This document shows positions 5,641 to 7,288 of a stretch of 7,288 nt of DNA, one piece after another. Location: assembly GCA_048939465.1 (NCBI GenBank), contig JBHLPL010000099.1:1-7288 (forward strand). Direction: 5' to 3'. A model generated the notes under the pieces. That model was not told where the DNA came from. It saw nothing but the letters and a program-made list of their open reading frames with translations, and did no database searches. The first letter of the stretch is position 1. The number at the start of each line of letters is the position of its first letter. The stretch is from Promethearchaeota archaeon (lineage in GTDB: Archaea > Asgardarchaeota > Odinarchaeia > Odinarchaeales > JBHLKK01). The translations under genes were made by a program, and so were the position numbers.

Positions 5641-6486
5641 CTATCTATTTTCTTGTTCTACCCATGCAATGATGTTCCGAGTTTTATCAACATATGATTC
5701 ATTTCTCCTATGAATAAACAATTTCCACTGCTGATTCAACGTTTCAACAAACTCGCGGACGAAATCCAGTCGAGGTGGAGGGGGATCCAATTCAACCATA
5801 TCAGCTACATGCCACTGTATCTGAATAGCTGCATCAAAGTTAATCGTAGGAATCTGGCTTAAATCCAAACAGAAGAAGTCTCGGATTTCTATTTCTTCAA
5901 AGATAATCTGGTCTTCTTGCTCATACCAAGAAACACCAATGAACAAGATCTGGACATTCTCCAAAATGGGTTTTCGGTGCTGATCTGGTTGCGTTGCTAT
6001 CCAGTCAAAGAGATCCAGTATTTTCTTTGCAGACATAATGTTTGGGTGTCTGCTAGTTTTTGCTATGTTGTGCGATTTGATGTTGACATACACGATGGCC
6101 TCACCATTAATAACCAAATCTGGTGTGTCTTCCTGTTTGTACCCCAGAGGAGCATCGTTCTCTAGATACGCTCTGACCTTTCGCTTCCCTCTAGAACATA
6201 GTTTCCACCACCATTGTTTTCCCAATTCAGCAAAGAGACTGTTAATATAAGCGGATTTGTTAGCTGCCTTTAGCAGTCTAGCTCTATAGGGTAAAAGCCT
6301 TTGAGCCAGAAACTCTTCAGGTTCCAAGACGTTCAAATTCTTAACAAGAATCTCCTTTATTCTGTCCCTTACAAATATCCCAGCACTATGACCCACCATC
6401 TGCCTTGTTCGGGGAAAAGTTAATTGACCGGAGTTCAACCCTTGGAAGATCTCTTCCATTCTGCGTTTGATCTCTTCGATTGGCAT
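5641..6486 (-). CDS. hincIIR: HincII-family type II restriction endonuclease homolog with variant active site
   Basis: Blocks matching R.HincII as recalled: GHSAG (GHAAG), SRGK, KQEDTPDL (KQNDTADI), NIKSHNIAK...PNIMSAKK (DVKTRNISK...PNIISAYK) and INFDAAIQIQWHV (INWAAAMQIQFHV). There is an SD-like GAGGA upstream, and the gene neighbours the M.HincII-like MTase. The symbol denotes the family. Confidence 0.85.
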   Translation of the reverse strand: MPIEEIKRRMEEIFQGLNSGQLTFPRTRQMVGHSAGIFVRDRIKEILVKNLNVLEPEEFLAQRLLPYRARLLKAANKSAYINSLFAELGKQWWWKLCSRGKRKVRAYLENDAPLGYKQEDTPDLVINGEAIVYVNIKSHNIAKTSRHPNIMSAKKILDLFDWIATQPDQHRKPILENVQILFIGVSWYEQEDQIIFEEIEIRDFFCLDLSQIPTINFDAAIQIQWHVADMVELDPPPPRLDFVREFVETLNQQWKLFIHRRNESYVDKTRNIIAWVEQENR

Positions 6487-6510
6487 TGTCTTAGATCCTC
6501 AAGAAGAACC

Positions 6511-6530
6511 TTGGCGGTGATCACCACCAA
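6511..6530. repeat. 20-bp near-perfect palindrome / hairpin upstream of the endonuclease
   Basis: TTGGCGGTGATCACCACCAA has one mismatch. On the - strand transcript the mismatch becomes a G-U wobble (8-bp stem, GAUC loop). Confidence 0.55.
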
Positions 6531-6715
6531 ACAAAGCGAGTTATCCTATTAACTCTTGCGGACAAATGAGAACCGTACCTGCTTCTGCCCAACGGTAGTG
6601 ACTGAAGATAATCAGACTCGTTGATTCGTAGATTGCTTTGAGAAGAAGAGGTATTGACACCTACTGTGCGCTTGGTGCGGGCATGCATTCTTGTAGCTGA
6701 CCTCCATCGTCCACT

Positions 6716-7285
6716 TCAACTAGAATCAGCACAGCATTCTCTGGGGAATAAGAGGGCAGTTCTATAGCTTAAGTTATGGCCATCGAAAATTTCTTGCACA
6801 TTTACAGCACTGTACGGCTTTCCTTTCCACCATATACGATCTCGGTTTTTGATAGAATCGGCGGTTAGAAGAGCAGTATCGTAGGCAGGATGAAAGTCGA
6901 CACCCGAGGCTGTTTTCAACTCTGGTGCTTTCTTCAAGACAATTATCCCTTTAATTGATTCTCTCTTGTCATATTTGGGAATAGGCCAACTGGTCTTTGG
7001 ATCCTTCTTGTCAGTAAGATATGCAAATCTATCCACCTCAAGATCAAACAAATTGCCCCCACACTCCGCTAGCTTGCTTTTTTTGCGATCCCACAAACTT
7101 GCTCGTTCACTATAATTCCATAGTGAATATCCCTTCCTAGTCTTCTTGATAATTTCCCTGTTGATTAAGAGGCGACGTATGCGGTAAAACGTACTTTTGT
7201 TTATCCCAGCACTCCGACAATTTAAAATCGTAAGGTCATGTTCTCTTTTAATCCGGATTATGCATAAGGCTTTATCCCAGATCAT
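6716..7285 (-). CDS. Winged-HTH protein with C-terminal domain resembling virion head-closure/head-tail joining proteins (possibly 5'-truncated)
   Basis: Residues about 25-56, GINKSTFYRIRRLLINREIIKKTRKGYSL, look like a recognition helix plus wing. Residues about 80-180 are beta-rich, with D..T.W...Y...I.GII ... TAD.I...DRI.W.G..Y....V.E, reminiscent of SPP1 gp16-like proteins. The frame is still open at the window edge. Confidence 0.55.
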   Translation of the reverse strand: MIWDKALCIIRIKREHDLTILNCRSAGINKSTFYRIRRLLINREIIKKTRKGYSLWNYSERASLWDRKKSKLAECGGNLFDLEVDRFAYLTDKKDPKTSWPIPKYDKRESIKGIIVLKKAPELKTASGVDFHPAYDTALLTADSIKNRDRIWWKGKPYSAVNVQEIFDGHNLSYRTALLFPRECCADSS

Positions 7286-7288
7286 TAT

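Larger units (their letters stand above)
1..7288. mobile_element. Possible interior segment of an archaeal provirus or integrative element
   Basis: Indirect only: ParB-ABC-GNAT gene, a head-closure-like domain, an R-M cassette, small regulators and no housekeeping genes. No integrase, terminase, capsid or att site is visible in the window. Confidence 0.3.

Noticed and set aside
4282-6250. + strand ORFs 4282-4596, 4648-4917, 5173-5475, 5494-5697, 5917-6165 and 6038-6250
   Set aside because: Antisense to the MTase, RHH or endonuclease genes, with no independent support.
6523-6707. Short - strand ORFs of 31-55 aa between the wHTH gene and the endonuclease
   Set aside because: Hand translation of all three frames gave no recognisable motif or convincing SD. 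No C-protein-like HTH was found.
1-7288. Depletion of GTYRAC as evidence for an active restriction enzyme
   Set aside because: About 5 sites seen by eye versus about 7 expected. This is uninformative, and a cognate MTase would remove selection anyway.
1-7288. CRISPR array, tRNA/rRNA, IS element or integrase
   Set aside because: No regularly spaced repeats, RNA-gene signatures, transposase or recombinase motifs, or terminal inverted repeats were seen.

Overview
Archaeal-looking accessory locus, possibly part of a provirus or integrative element (inferred, not proven), enriched in DNA-modification and transcription genes. (1) A large + strand gene is open past the left edge. It fuses a ParB/Srx-like domain (DGEHRLRA, upstream of the supplied ORF start), an ABC ATPase and a Mom-like GNAT acetyltransferase (COG2401-like). 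(2) On the - strand are a Cren7-like Zn-ribbon protein and a possible unlisted 54-aa Cys/His ORF. (3) A 390-aa + strand protein has the two cyclin repeats of TFB, but its N-terminus looks like a Cys cluster plus an ASCH/EVE (PUA-like) domain instead of the TFB Zn ribbon and B-reader. (4) A HincII-like type II R-M pair lies on the - strand, with an unlisted 53-aa ribbon-helix-helix gene and a 6-6-6 inverted repeat between R and M. The endonuclease has non-canonical catalytic residues. (5) A wHTH protein has a C-terminal domain resembling virion head-closure proteins. The most novel candidate is the putative modified-nucleotide-reader/TFB fusion flanked by two nucleic-acid-modifying enzymes. All family calls come from motif recognition by eye; no searches were run.
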